Source: an uncultured Candidatus Saccharibacteria bacterium
GTDB taxonomy: Bacteria > Patescibacteriota > Minisyncoccia > Portnoybacterales > UBA2143
DNA: 64,000 nt
Assembly (NCBI GenBank): GCA_964420115.1
Contig: CAYQQO010000002.1
Coordinates: 726-64,725 of the forward strand
Reading direction: 5' to 3'
Position numbers and translations under genes: made by a program. Each line of letters opens with the position of its first letter. Position 1 is the first letter of the stretch. A model generated the notes under the pieces. The model ran no database searches. It worked only from the letters and a program-made list of their open reading frames with translations, and was not told the origin of the DNA. Shown piece by piece: positions 47,402-57,102 of this stretch.

Positions 47402-50077
47402 ATGATTAAAAAGAAAGCGTGGCATAGTTTTTCTATTAAAAAAACGCTTAGGGAAATAGATTCGCGGTCAACCGGCCTGACAGAAAAAGAAGCGAAAGAA
47501 AGATTGAAAAAGTTTGGATTAAACACCCTTCCTCAAGAAAAACCGCCATCCAAATTTAAATTATTTTTCAACCAAATTAAAAGCCCGTTAATTTATATTC
47601 TTCTTATCGCCGGCATAGTTACTCTGGTTTTAGGAGAATATACCGACTCTATCGTCATCTTTGGCGCGGTTTTTTTAAATACTATTGTCGGTTATTTTCA
47701 GGAAAAAAAAGCTAACCAAGCCCTAAGAGAACTAAAGAGAGTATTGCAAACAAAAGTCATTCTTCACCGTAGCGGGAGGCAAAAAGAAGTTTTGCAAAAA
47801 GATGTGGCTCTCGGCGATATAGTTTTTTTAAGAGCCGGCAACAAAGCGCCGGCTGATTGCAGAATTATACAAGCACATAATTTAAAAATAAATGAAGCGG
47901 CGCTGACTGGCGAATGGCTTCCGGCAACCAAAAAAACAGAAGAGATGCCGCCGGATGCAACTTTAGCTGACAGAGATAATATGGCTTTTATGGGGACTGT
48001 TGTTGAAAGCGGCTGGGGCAAGGCGGTAGTTGTTTCAACCGGCATTAAAACAGCTATTGGCGAAGTAGCTAAAATTCTCAAAGAGGAAAAAGAAAAAAGA
48101 ACCCCATATCAAAAAAAGCTATCCCGCTTTAGCAAAGTTCTTGGATTAATTATTGTTGTTATTTCTTTGGCAATTTTTATTGAAGGTATTTTAGCAGGCG
48201 TTCGCTTTGTTGAAATGTTTGCCATATCAGTGGCAGTGGCAGTGGCGGCTATCCCCGAAGGTCTGCCTGTGGCTATGACAGTAATATTGGCCATTGGCAT
48301 GGAGAGGATTTTAAAAAGAAAGGGGTTAGTTAGAAAACTTGCCTCGGCCGAAACACTGGGGAGTACATCAATTATTTTAACCGACAAAACAGGCACTTTA
48401 ACAGAGGCAAAAATGAGGATAGCTGGTATTTTCACCGGGACAAAAGAACTGCTCAATGATGGATATAAATTTGATAAAAAAATTGCCAAAGATAGTAAAG
48501 ATTCTCATATGCAGGCCTTAAGAATAGCCACTTTATGCAACGAATCATTTATTGAAAATTTTGAAGACCCGACAGAAAAATGGATTATCCGCGGGAGGCC
48601 GACAGAAAAAGCGCTCCTTTTGGGGGGGATTCAGGCCGGGCTTTCCAGAAAAGAGCTGTTAAAAGAACAGCCCATTATTGATCATTTACTCTTTGACCCG
48701 GGTTATCAGTACGCTATGAGCCTGCACAAATTAAACAAAGAAAAAAACGCTCTTTATATAGTTGGTTCTCCTGACAAGCTCTTAGAAATGTCTTCTTGTC
48801 TTTATAATGACGGAAAAAAAGAAAAGCTTCTTTTGTCTGATTTTGAAAAATTAAAAGAAAAATATAATCAACTCACCCAAGATGGTTTGCGTGTTTTAGC
48901 CGCTGGCTACCGTGAGACAAAAGATAAAGAAATAAACAGAAAAAAGGAGGAAAAAAACAAATCAATGGTTTTTGTCGGTTTTCTTGCTCTTCATGATCCT
49001 ATCAGAAAAGGGACTAAAGAGGTAATGGAAATATGCCGCAAAGCAGGGATGAAGCCGATTATTCTTACTGGCGACCATAAGTTAACAGCTTTAGCAGTGG
49101 CGAACAAGCTTGGTTTTAAAATTAAGGAGAAGAACGTTTTAGAAGGAAAAGACCTTTATAATATATCAGATAAAAATTTAATAAAGAAAATAAAGGATAT
49201 CCATGTTTTTGCCAGAGTGGAACCAACCCATAAATTAAGGGTTGTCCAGGCCTGGCAGGGAAAAGGCGAGGTTGTTGCCATGACAGGAGACGGCATCAAC
49301 GACGCCCCAGCATTAAAAAGAGCTGATATCGGGTTGGCTCTGGGGTCCGGCACTGATGTGGCGAAAGAATCATCTGATTTAGTTCTTTTGAATGATAATT
49401 TTAGTATTATTGTTGCTGCTGTAGAAGAGGGGAGAGCTATTATTGATAATATTAGGAAAGTAATAACATACTTGCTTTCTGACAGCTTTGCTGAAGTAAC
49501 TTTAATTGGTGTTAGTTTGCTTTTAGGATGGCCCTTGCCGGTTTTAGCTGTACAAATTTTATGGGTTAATTTAATTGAAGACGGGCCAATGGGTATTGCT
49601 TTGGCTTTTGAGCCGAAAGAAAAAGATATAATGAAGCAGAAGCCGAAAAGCTATAGTTTATTTCTTTTAAACAAAGAAATGAAAACATTAATATTTATTA
49701 TTGGCTTTATAACGAACTTTTTGCTTTTAGGGCTCTTTTTCTATTTATTAAAATACAGTAATTATGAAATAGAGCATATTCGTTCTATTGTTTTTGCCGG
49801 CTTAACAATTAGTTCCTTATTCTATATTTTTTCCTGTAAAAGCCTAAGAAGAAATTTGTGGAAAATTAATCTTTTATCTAATAAATTTATGATTTACGCT
49901 TGGTTTTTTGGTATAGTTATGCTTGTTTCGGCCTTTTATCTGCCAATTTTCCAAACACTTTTAAAAACCGTTCCTTTAAATTTATTTGATTGGGGATTAA
50001 TTTTGGGCTTGGGTATTATAAATGCAATCCTTATTGAATTAACTAAATATTATTTTATTGCCAGACGCCAAACATAA
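47402..50077 (+). CDS. calcium-translocating P-type ATPase (type IIA, SERCA/PMCA-like)
   Basis: Phosphorylation site DKTGTLT, TGDHKLTA, hinge MTGDGINDAPALKRADIGLALG and 10 predicted TM helices. Confidence 0.85.
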   Translation: MIKKKAWHSFSIKKTLREIDSRSTGLTEKEAKERLKKFGLNTLPQEKPPSKFKLFFNQIKSPLIYILLIAGIVTLVLGEYTDSIVIFGAVFLNTIVGYFQEKKANQALRELKRVLQTKVILHRSGRQKEVLQKDVALGDIVFLRAGNKAPADCRIIQAHNLKINEAALTGEWLPATKKTEEMPPDATLADRDNMAFMGTVVESGWGKAVVVSTGIKTAIGEVAKILKEEKEKRTPYQKKLSRFSKVLGLIIVVISLAIFIEGILAGVRFVEMFAISVAVAVAAIPEGLPVAMTVILAIGMERILKRKGLVRKLASAETLGSTSIILTDKTGTLTEAKMRIAGIFTGTKELLNDGYKFDKKIAKDSKDSHMQALRIATLCNESFIENFEDPTEKWIIRGRPTEKALLLGGIQAGLSRKELLKEQPIIDHLLFDPGYQYAMSLHKLNKEKNALYIVGSPDKLLEMSSCLYNDGKKEKLLLSDFEKLKEKYNQLTQDGLRVLAAGYRETKDKEINRKKEEKNKSMVFVGFLALHDPIRKGTKEVMEICRKAGMKPIILTGDHKLTALAVANKLGFKIKEKNVLEGKDLYNISDKNLIKKIKDIHVFARVEPTHKLRVVQAWQGKGEVVAMTGDGINDAPALKRADIGLALGSGTDVAKESSDLVLLNDNFSIIVAAVEEGRAIIDNIRKVITYLLSDSFAEVTLIGVSLLLGWPLPVLAVQILWVNLIEDGPMGIALAFEPKEKDIMKQKPKSYSLFLLNKEMKTLIFIIGFITNFLLLGLFFYLLKYSNYEIEHIRSIVFAGLTISSLFYIFSCKSLRRNLWKINLLSNKFMIYAWFFGIVMLVSAFYLPIFQTLLKTVPLNLFDWGLILGLGIINAILIELTKYYFIARRQT

Positions 50078-50080
50078 AAA

Positions 50081-51031
50081 ATGTTTTTTCATCTTTTTAT
50101 TTTCATTCTTTCATTTATTATTCTGGCTCTTTCCAGCGGCTGGTTGGTAAAATCACTTTCTAAAGTGGCTAGCTTTTTAAGCTGGAAAGAATTTGTTGTT
50201 GCTTTTTTTACTATGGCTTTAGCCGGGGCTATTCCTAACTTATCAGTCGGCATTAGTTCTGCTCTCCATAAAATTCCCCATCTTTCTTTCAGCGAAATTT
50301 TAGGCGGCAATATTGTTGATTTAACATTAGCCGTTGCTTTAGCAACATTAGTTTCAAAAAAAGGCCTAACGCTCCCAAGTAAAACAGTCCAAGGAAGCGG
50401 TATTTTTACCCTTATTATTGCCCTTCTGCCTTTAGTTTTAGTTTCTGACGGAAAATTATCCCAGACAGACGGCTTAGCTTTAATTTTAGTTTTTCTCTTA
50501 TATATTTACTGGCTTTTCTATAAAAAAGAAAGATTTTCTAAAGCGTATAATGCAACCAAAGAAAAAGTAACTTTAAAAGGAATATTTAGAAATGTCGGTT
50601 TGATGTTTTTATCTTTGTTTCTGCTTCTTTTAGCCGCAGAAGGGATTGTCCGATCAGCTACTTTTTTTTCCGAGCTTTGGGGATTGCCCTTGGCTTTAAT
50701 CGGTCTTTTGGTAGTTGGTTTAGGCAACGCTTCGCCGGAGATTTTTTTTGCTATTCAGGCGGCTAAAAAGGAGGAAGATTGGCTAACAGCGGGGGATTTA
50801 ATGGGGTCGGTTATTGTCACGGCTAGCTTAGTTTTAGGCATTGTTGCTGTGATTGAGCCGGTTAGTATCGCTAATGTTTCTCCTTTTGTTATAGCTAGAT
50901 TCTTTTTGGTTATTTCAGCTGTCTTTTTTCTTTTATTTATGAGAACAGGCAAGAGTATTACTAAAAAAGAAGCTATTTTTTTATTGTTTATCTATTTATC
51001 CTTTATCGCGGCAGAAGTTTTGTTTAGCTAA
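50081..51031 (+). CDS. Ca2+:cation antiporter (CaCA family, YrbG-like)
   Basis: Two alpha-repeat motifs, GGNIVDLTLAVA and GNASPEIFFAI, in two 5-TM halves. Confidence 0.75.
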   Translation: MFFHLFIFILSFIILALSSGWLVKSLSKVASFLSWKEFVVAFFTMALAGAIPNLSVGISSALHKIPHLSFSEILGGNIVDLTLAVALATLVSKKGLTLPSKTVQGSGIFTLIIALLPLVLVSDGKLSQTDGLALILVFLLYIYWLFYKKERFSKAYNATKEKVTLKGIFRNVGLMFLSLFLLLLAAEGIVRSATFFSELWGLPLALIGLLVVGLGNASPEIFFAIQAAKKEEDWLTAGDLMGSVIVTASLVLGIVAVIEPVSIANVSPFVIARFFLVISAVFFLLFMRTGKSITKKEAIFLLFIYLSFIAAEVLFS

Positions 51032-51177
51032 ATTTATCCCAATCCATATTGACAGAACAGCATACCCTATGCTATTAGGTTCTATATCTGAGCCGCCGAA
51101 GAATTAAAAGGGATAGAAATGGAATCTATCCCTTTTTGATTTGCCTCATTAATGCTTTTTATGCTAAATTATACCTA

Positions 51178-52221
51178 ATGCAGGATGCGCTTATTCCTCT
51201 TTTAATTTTAATTTTTATCGCCTTGGGGGTAATAGTTTTTTTATTACTGCGGAAAAAAGACAATAACGCTGACAACCAGTCAGTTTTAATGCTCCAAGAG
51301 CAGATAAACCAATTAAGCCAAGTTTTAGACAGTAAATTATCTGATTCAACAAAGGCAATTCAGACTCAGTTTAGCCAGAGCGCTAAAATTGTCAGAGATG
51401 TAACAGAGAGATTGACTAAACTTGATGATACCAACAAACAAGTAGTCGGCTTTGCCCAGCAATTGCAATCATTGGAAAATATCTTGAAAAATCCCAAGCA
51501 ACGTGGTATTTTAGGAGAGTATTATTTAGAAACTGCTTTAAAAAATATACTGCCGCCAAACGCTTATCAACTGCAGTATGAATTTGATGACGGCGATATT
51601 GTTGACGCGGTCATTTTTGTTAAAGATAAAATTATTCCTATTGATTCCAAGTTTTCCTTAGAGAACTACAACAGGATTGTTCAAGAGGGGAGTGAATCAG
51701 AAAAACAACAGCTGGAAAAGCAGTTTAAAATAGATTTAAAAAACAGAATTGACGAGACAGCAAAATATATTAAGCCCAGCAAAGGAACGGTTGATTTTGC
51801 CTTAATGTTTATTCCATCAGAGTCCATTTATTATGATTTGCTGATAAGTAAAATAGGGACAATAAAAGTTAATACCAGAGATTTAATAGAATACGCTGTC
51901 AGAGATAAAAGAGTAATGATTGTTTCTCCTAATTCCTTCCACGCTTATTTACAAACAATTTTACAAGGGCTAAAAGCTCTTCAAATTGAAGAATCAGCCA
52001 AAGAAATTAGAAGGGGAGTGGAAATGCTTGACCGCCATTTAAAAAGCTATGGCGATTATTGGAGGAAAGTCGGCAATAATTTATCAACTACGGTTAATAT
52101 GTATAATCAAACTAACAAAGAATGGAGTAAAATTGGAAAAGATGTGACTAAAATAACAGAAAAAGAGGCAGAAATGCTGGAAGGGGAAATGAAGGAAGTA
52201 GATAAACCAAAAATAGAGTAA
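51178..52221 (+). CDS. rmuC: DNA recombination protein RmuC
   Basis: N-terminal TM, a coiled coil, then IIPIDSKFSLENY and DFALMFIPSESIYY RmuC nuclease-like motifs. Start taken at ATG 51178. Confidence 0.75.
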   Translation: MQDALIPLLILIFIALGVIVFLLLRKKDNNADNQSVLMLQEQINQLSQVLDSKLSDSTKAIQTQFSQSAKIVRDVTERLTKLDDTNKQVVGFAQQLQSLENILKNPKQRGILGEYYLETALKNILPPNAYQLQYEFDDGDIVDAVIFVKDKIIPIDSKFSLENYNRIVQEGSESEKQQLEKQFKIDLKNRIDETAKYIKPSKGTVDFALMFIPSESIYYDLLISKIGTIKVNTRDLIEYAVRDKRVMIVSPNSFHAYLQTILQGLKALQIEESAKEIRRGVEMLDRHLKSYGDYWRKVGNNLSTTVNMYNQTNKEWSKIGKDVTKITEKEAEMLEGEMKEVDKPKIE

Positions 52222-52225
52222 AAAT

Positions 52226-52558
52226 ATGTTGGCAGTAATTAAAACAGGCGGAAAACAATATTTAGTTTCGCCAAAAGATAAAATTAAAATAGAAAAACTG
52301 GATGCCGAAGAGGGCAAAGAAATAAACTTTAGCGAGGTTTTGTTAATTTCCAAAGGAAAGACAATAAAAATTGGCTATCCCTTAGTTAAAGGCGCCAAAG
52401 TTAAAGCAAAAGTAATAAAGCAGGACAGAGCTAAAAAAATAATTATTTATAAATACAAAGCTAAAAAACGCTACAAAGTAAAAAAAGGCCATCGCCAGCC
52501 CTTTACCGAAGTAGAAATATTAAATATTTTATCTTCTCCCCAAAAAAGCGCTAGTTAG
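52226..52558 (+). CDS. rplU: 50S ribosomal protein L21
   Basis: MLAVIKTGGKQYLVS...KKGHRQPFTEVEI: canonical L21. Confidence 0.9.
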   Translation: MLAVIKTGGKQYLVSPKDKIKIEKLDAEEGKEINFSEVLLISKGKTIKIGYPLVKGAKVKAKVIKQDRAKKIIIYKYKAKKRYKVKKGHRQPFTEVEILNILSSPQKSAS

Positions 52559-53128
52559 GGTGTTTTCATCAAGGTATTCCAAGTCACTGCCGGTAGATAA
52601 GCCGCGAGCCAAGCGGCTTATTTTTGTCCCCGAGGACTTTAATAAGCGTTCAATATAAAAGGTGGTAGTATCTCCCTCTGTTGTCGGGGAAAGAGCAAAA
52701 ATTATTTCTTTTGTAAGAGGCTGTTTTTTCTCAATGCGGCTGGCCAATTCTTTAATTTTTAAATCATTGGGGCCAATACCGCTTGACGGAGAAATTAACC
52801 CGCCTAAAACATGATAAAGGCCGTTGTATTGTTTTGTTCTTTCAATAGGCGGAATATTTAAAACATTTTCCACCAGACATATTATTGAGTTATCTCTTTT
52901 TTTGTCTTGGCAGACAGAACAAAGCTGATTTTCTTTTTCAGCTATATTAAAACAATTACGGCAAAGTTGGATTTGCCCTTTAATTTCTTTGATTGAGCCA
53001 GCTAAAAGATTTAATTCTTTCTGGTCTTGGTTAAGCAGAAAAAAAACAAGCCGGGCAGCCGCTCTGGGACCGATATCAGGCAGTTTTGATAATTGGTTGA
53101 TTAAGTTTTGGATTGATTGAGGAAACAT
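52529..53128 (-). CDS. recR: recombination protein RecR
   Basis: LSKLPDIGPRAAARL HhH, C4 zinc finger CRNC...CSVC and a Toprim domain. Confidence 0.9.
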   Translation of the reverse strand: MFPQSIQNLINQLSKLPDIGPRAAARLVFFLLNQDQKELNLLAGSIKEIKGQIQLCRNCFNIAEKENQLCSVCQDKKRDNSIICLVENVLNIPPIERTKQYNGLYHVLGGLISPSSGIGPNDLKIKELASRIEKKQPLTKEIIFALSPTTEGDTTTFYIERLLKSSGTKISRLARGLSTGSDLEYLDENTLTSAFLGRR

Positions 53129-54513
53129 TATTCTTCAATATGCCTTTCTAAATTTTTAAAGCTAACTTGGCTCTCATTAAAGTATAGTTCAACTTTGCCA
53201 ATGGGTCCGTTTCTGTGTTTGGCAATAATGACATCGGCAACATTTTTTCTTTCTGTATTAGGCCTGTCTTTGTCTTCTCTATAGATAAACAAGACAACGT
53301 CGCTGTCTTGCTCAATGCTCCCGGAGTCGCGCAAGTCAGAAAGTTTAGGAATAGATGGAGAGCGGGATTCCACTGCTCGGGAAAGCTGGGAAAGAGCCAA
53401 AACAGGAATACTTAATTCGCGGGCCAAGGTTTTCAGGCCGCGGGAAATTTCTGTCACTTGCTGGACAGGAGAATCGCTGGGATTTCTCGGCTGTATCATT
53501 TGCAAATAGTCAATAACAATTAATCCCAAATTATGTTCTGCCTGCAGGCGTCTAGCCATTGCCCTCATATGTAAAACCGTTGCTGAAGGAGTGTCGTCTA
53601 TAAAAAGGGAAGCGGCAGACAGTTCATCCATTGCCTGCTGGATGCGTTGGAAATCATTATCCGGTCCTTCTCCTGACAAACGCCCTGTTCTCATCCGCCA
53701 AGAATCAACTTCTGCTTGAGCGCAAATTAAACGATCAACTAGTTGTTCTTTTGACATTTCCAAACTGAAAAAACCAACTGGAATTTTGCTTTTTAAAGCA
53801 ATATTTCTGGCTAAATCAAGGGCTAGGGTTGTTTTGCCAAGGCTTGGTCGGGCGGCTAAAGTGATTAAGTCAGACGACTGGAACCCGGAAAGAAAATTAT
53901 CTAAATCAATAAAGCCAGTGGGAATACCGCGAGTTGCTTCATCACCTCTGTGAAGTTTGTCTATTCTTTCAAAAGCTTCTTCTAAAGCGTCTTTAATTTG
54001 TAGAAACTTCTTGCTAATTGAATCTTTTGAAATGGAAAATATTTTCTGTTCCGCTGTGTCAACCAGCGTTTCTACATCTTCTGTTTCCTGATAACTTAAT
54101 TCTGTAATTTGATGCGATGTTTCTATTAAATCCCGCAGTGTTTTTTTATGTTTGACAATTTTAGCATAATAGAGAATATGGGCGGCAGTCGGCACTGCGT
54201 TAACTAATTCTGTTAAATATCCACTTCCGCCAATTTCCTCCAAAACGCCCTTATCTTCCAAACGGCTGGTTAAGCTCAATAGATCAATTGGTTCGTTTTT
54301 CTCATAAAGATCTACCATTGCCTGATATATGCTGTTGTGTATCCCGCGGTAAAAATCTCCCGGCCTGATCATATCAATTATTTTAAAAACAGCTTCCTTA
54401 TCAAGCATAAGTGACCCGAGAACGCATTGTTCTGCCTCTATATTCTGCGGCGGCAAACGGCCTTCCGAACTGTCCGTTTTGTTTGTTTTTTTAAGATTTG
54501 GCATATTAAGCAC
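53128..54513 (-). CDS. dnaB: replicative DNA helicase DnaB
   Basis: N-terminal PQNIEAEQCVLGSLMLD, Walker A GARPSLGKTTLALD and RecA-like domain motifs. Confidence 0.9.
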   Translation of the reverse strand: MLNMPNLKKTNKTDSSEGRLPPQNIEAEQCVLGSLMLDKEAVFKIIDMIRPGDFYRGIHNSIYQAMVDLYEKNEPIDLLSLTSRLEDKGVLEEIGGSGYLTELVNAVPTAAHILYYAKIVKHKKTLRDLIETSHQITELSYQETEDVETLVDTAEQKIFSISKDSISKKFLQIKDALEEAFERIDKLHRGDEATRGIPTGFIDLDNFLSGFQSSDLITLAARPSLGKTTLALDLARNIALKSKIPVGFFSLEMSKEQLVDRLICAQAEVDSWRMRTGRLSGEGPDNDFQRIQQAMDELSAASLFIDDTPSATVLHMRAMARRLQAEHNLGLIVIDYLQMIQPRNPSDSPVQQVTEISRGLKTLARELSIPVLALSQLSRAVESRSPSIPKLSDLRDSGSIEQDSDVVLFIYREDKDRPNTERKNVADVIIAKHRNGPIGKVELYFNESQVSFKNLERHIEE

Positions 54514-54520
54514 ATTAAAA

Positions 54521-54544
54521 AGGAGGCGACCCTCCTATATTTTA
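54521..54544 (-). terminator. terminator-like hairpin between cysS and dnaB
   Basis: Minus strand: AGGAGG-gtcg-CCTCCT followed by TTTTTAA. Confidence 0.4.
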
Positions 54545-54582
54545 TCTAAACAAGAATTTACCCGCAAGAAGATATCTTGTGG

Positions 54583-55992
54583 TTATTTTGGGGAAATCTC
54601 CGGCCCTTTTTTAGTATCTTTTATCTTAAATCCTTTTTTAATAATTACTTCTCTAACTCTGTCTGATTCCTGCCAATTTTTGCTTTCTCTGGCTTTTTCT
54701 CTTTGTTGGGCCAGTTTTTTAATTTCTTGGGGAATAATAACTTTTTCTTTTTTTATTTTTTCTAATTTAAGGCCAAGAACTTTATCAAAATCCAGTATTG
54801 TTGCCAGTTTATCCTTATTTTTTATTTTTGATTTTAAAACTTCTTGTAAAACAACCAAGGTCTGCGGAGAATTAAAATCATCAGATATTTTTTCAGTAAA
54901 CTTCTCTTTGTATTCTTTATTGATCCTGCCCTTTTTAGCCCCTAATTGTCTGATTTCACCCCTTATCTTATTCAACCCCCTTTGAGCGGATTCCATAGCT
55001 CCCCATGTAAAATTTTGTTTAGAGCGATAATGGGCCTGCAGGAACAAATAGCGAAGAGAAAGGGAGTTAAATCCTTTTTCTTTTATACCGCTTAAGCTGT
55101 ATGTTGTCCCTTCTGATTTGGACATTTTTTTATTGTTAACCAGTAAATGCTCGTTATGAAGCCAGTAATTGACGAATTTTACTCCATTGGCAGATTCTGA
55201 TTGGGCTATTTCATTGGTGTGATGAACGGGGATATGTTCTATGCCACCCATATGAATATCAATGGTCCCCCCTAAATATTTTTTAGCCATTGTTGAACAT
55301 TCAATATGCCATCCAGGAAAGCCACTGCCCTTTGAAACTAAAGAAGAATTAAAAGGAGAGGGCCAGTACTGCAAAGCGTTTTTATGCTTTCCAGCTTTAA
55401 AGAACCAAAGGGCAAAATCAGCAGGATTTTTTTTGTCAGGATCTAAAACATCTCCCTTGCCCGCCCCTTTTATTTTCTCTTCAATCTTCTGGCCGGAAAG
55501 CTGGCTGTAATTTTTAACTTTGGAAGTGTCAAAGTAAACAGCTAATTGCGTAGTGTAGGCGGAACCTTTTCCCAAAAGAGTTTTAATCATTTTAATCATT
55601 TCATTGATGCATTCGGTAGCTTTTGGCTTGTATGTCGGCTCTAAAAAATTTAATTCCTTAGCGTCTTTTTCAAAAATTCTAATGTATTTTTGAGCAATTT
55701 CCCGTGGAGCCAATCCTTCCTTTCGCGCCGTCTTTTCTATTTTATCCTCTCCTTCATTTTCATCGCTTGTTAAATGTCCAACGTCAGTATAGTTTCTGGC
55801 AGATTTTACTTTGCATCCTAAATACTTTAGCGTTCTTATAATAAAATCGCCGCAAAAAAACCCGCGCATATTCCCGATATGCTGGGTCCAGTAAACCGTC
55901 GGCCCACAATGATAAAAGGTAACCAATCCCTTATCAATAGGGGAAAATTCCTCCTTCTGCCGAGTTAGAGTATTATATACCTTTAAAGCCAT
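54583..55992 (-). CDS. cysS: cysteine--tRNA ligase
   Basis: FYHCGPTVYWTQHIGNMR (HIGH region), KMSKSEG, and a zinc-binding Cys/His set. Confidence 0.9.
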   Translation of the reverse strand: MALKVYNTLTRQKEEFSPIDKGLVTFYHCGPTVYWTQHIGNMRGFFCGDFIIRTLKYLGCKVKSARNYTDVGHLTSDENEGEDKIEKTARKEGLAPREIAQKYIRIFEKDAKELNFLEPTYKPKATECINEMIKMIKTLLGKGSAYTTQLAVYFDTSKVKNYSQLSGQKIEEKIKGAGKGDVLDPDKKNPADFALWFFKAGKHKNALQYWPSPFNSSLVSKGSGFPGWHIECSTMAKKYLGGTIDIHMGGIEHIPVHHTNEIAQSESANGVKFVNYWLHNEHLLVNNKKMSKSEGTTYSLSGIKEKGFNSLSLRYLFLQAHYRSKQNFTWGAMESAQRGLNKIRGEIRQLGAKKGRINKEYKEKFTEKISDDFNSPQTLVVLQEVLKSKIKNKDKLATILDFDKVLGLKLEKIKKEKVIIPQEIKKLAQQREKARESKNWQESDRVREVIIKKGFKIKDTKKGPEISPK

Positions 55993-56897
55993 TTTTTTCT
56001 CTTAAAATAGATAACCATAATTATGGTTACTATTGCCATGGCAATCAGAATTACCAACCAAGTATAGACATTCTCCCTGACAATAGGGATGTTATCAAAG
56101 ATGTTCATCCCAAAAAACCCAACTATAACGCTTAAAGGGAAGGTAATAAAAGAAACAACTGTTAGAATTTTAACAATATCGCTTAATTTATAGGAAAGAA
56201 GAGAATTATTGGTTTGGTCAATGGAATTTATTAATTCTTGATGATTTTCTAAAACGGTTAAAACGCGGCTGTTGGAGCCAACAACTTCTTTAACTAAGGG
56301 TTTTAGTTCTTGGTTAAAAAAACGAGGTGTTTTTTCTTCTAAAATTTCCAGCACTGTTGCTTGCGGCTTAACAGCTTTTCTAAAACCAATTAAATCTTTT
56401 TTAACCAGAGCAATTTGTGAAAGCATTTCTCTTTCTTTACCCTGAAATACTTTTTTTTCAATTTTATCAATCCTTTCTGAAATTTTATCTAAAAGAGGCA
56501 AACGAGCATCAATCAGCCAGTCTAAAAGACCTAAAAGCAAATGCCCATTGCTTTTGAAATGTTGATCGCGGTAATATGTTCTTTTTTTGCAATTATTAAA
56601 AAATTCTTCAAGAGCTGGAATTTTGCCGCTGTGGCTGGTGATTAAGGTGTTAGCAGTAATAATAAAATCTAATTCAACTAATTTTACCCCCTTTTTATCA
56701 GAATTAAGAATAGGGAATTGGAGGACTATAAATAGTTGTCCGGGATACTCTTCAATTTTTGGACGATGAACAGAGGGCAGAAGCTGGCGGATAATAAAAG
56801 GGTGGAGATGAAATCTCTCTTTAATTCCATTAAGATCTCTTTCTTTGGGGTTATTTATATCAATCCAGCTGATCCCATTATCAATAATTGTTTGCAT
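55983..56897 (-). CDS. corA: magnesium/cobalt transporter CorA
   Basis: Cytoplasmic funnel domain plus two C-terminal TM helices with the FFGMNI (GMN) motif. Confidence 0.8.
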   Translation of the reverse strand: MQTIIDNGISWIDINNPKERDLNGIKERFHLHPFIIRQLLPSVHRPKIEEYPGQLFIVLQFPILNSDKKGVKLVELDFIITANTLITSHSGKIPALEEFFNNCKKRTYYRDQHFKSNGHLLLGLLDWLIDARLPLLDKISERIDKIEKKVFQGKEREMLSQIALVKKDLIGFRKAVKPQATVLEILEEKTPRFFNQELKPLVKEVVGSNSRVLTVLENHQELINSIDQTNNSLLSYKLSDIVKILTVVSFITFPLSVIVGFFGMNIFDNIPIVRENVYTWLVILIAMAIVTIIMVIYFKRKKWL

Positions 56898-57029
56898 ATA
56901 TTTTTCTATTTAGGATCGCCTTAAACGAGCTTTTGCCGCTCAAAGCGCCCTCCTTTAATTAAAATAATATTTTACAAATCATTTACATTTTATCATATTT
57001 TGAGGAAAAGAGCCAAGTTTGCTGGAAAA

Positions 57030-57069
57030 ATGAAGAAATAAAAGAGCCCAAGATATTTTCGTCTTGGGC
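57030..57069 (-). terminator. rho-independent terminator of the triple-HTH gene
   Basis: Minus strand: GCCCAAGA-(8-nt loop)-TCTTGGGC followed by a T-rich tract. Confidence 0.45.
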
Positions 57070-57102
57070 CCAATAGGGTGCTTTTGGAGAAAGGGCGGAT
57101 GA

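Noticed and set aside
54479-54985. Plus-strand ORF 54479..54985 (168 aa) and other internal antisense ORFs (e.g. 20799..21078, 47764..48489, 59778..60812, 11772..11999)
   Set aside because: Each lies entirely inside and antisense to a well-supported conserved gene (cysS, hppA, P-type ATPase, dnaK, uvrB), with low-complexity translations.
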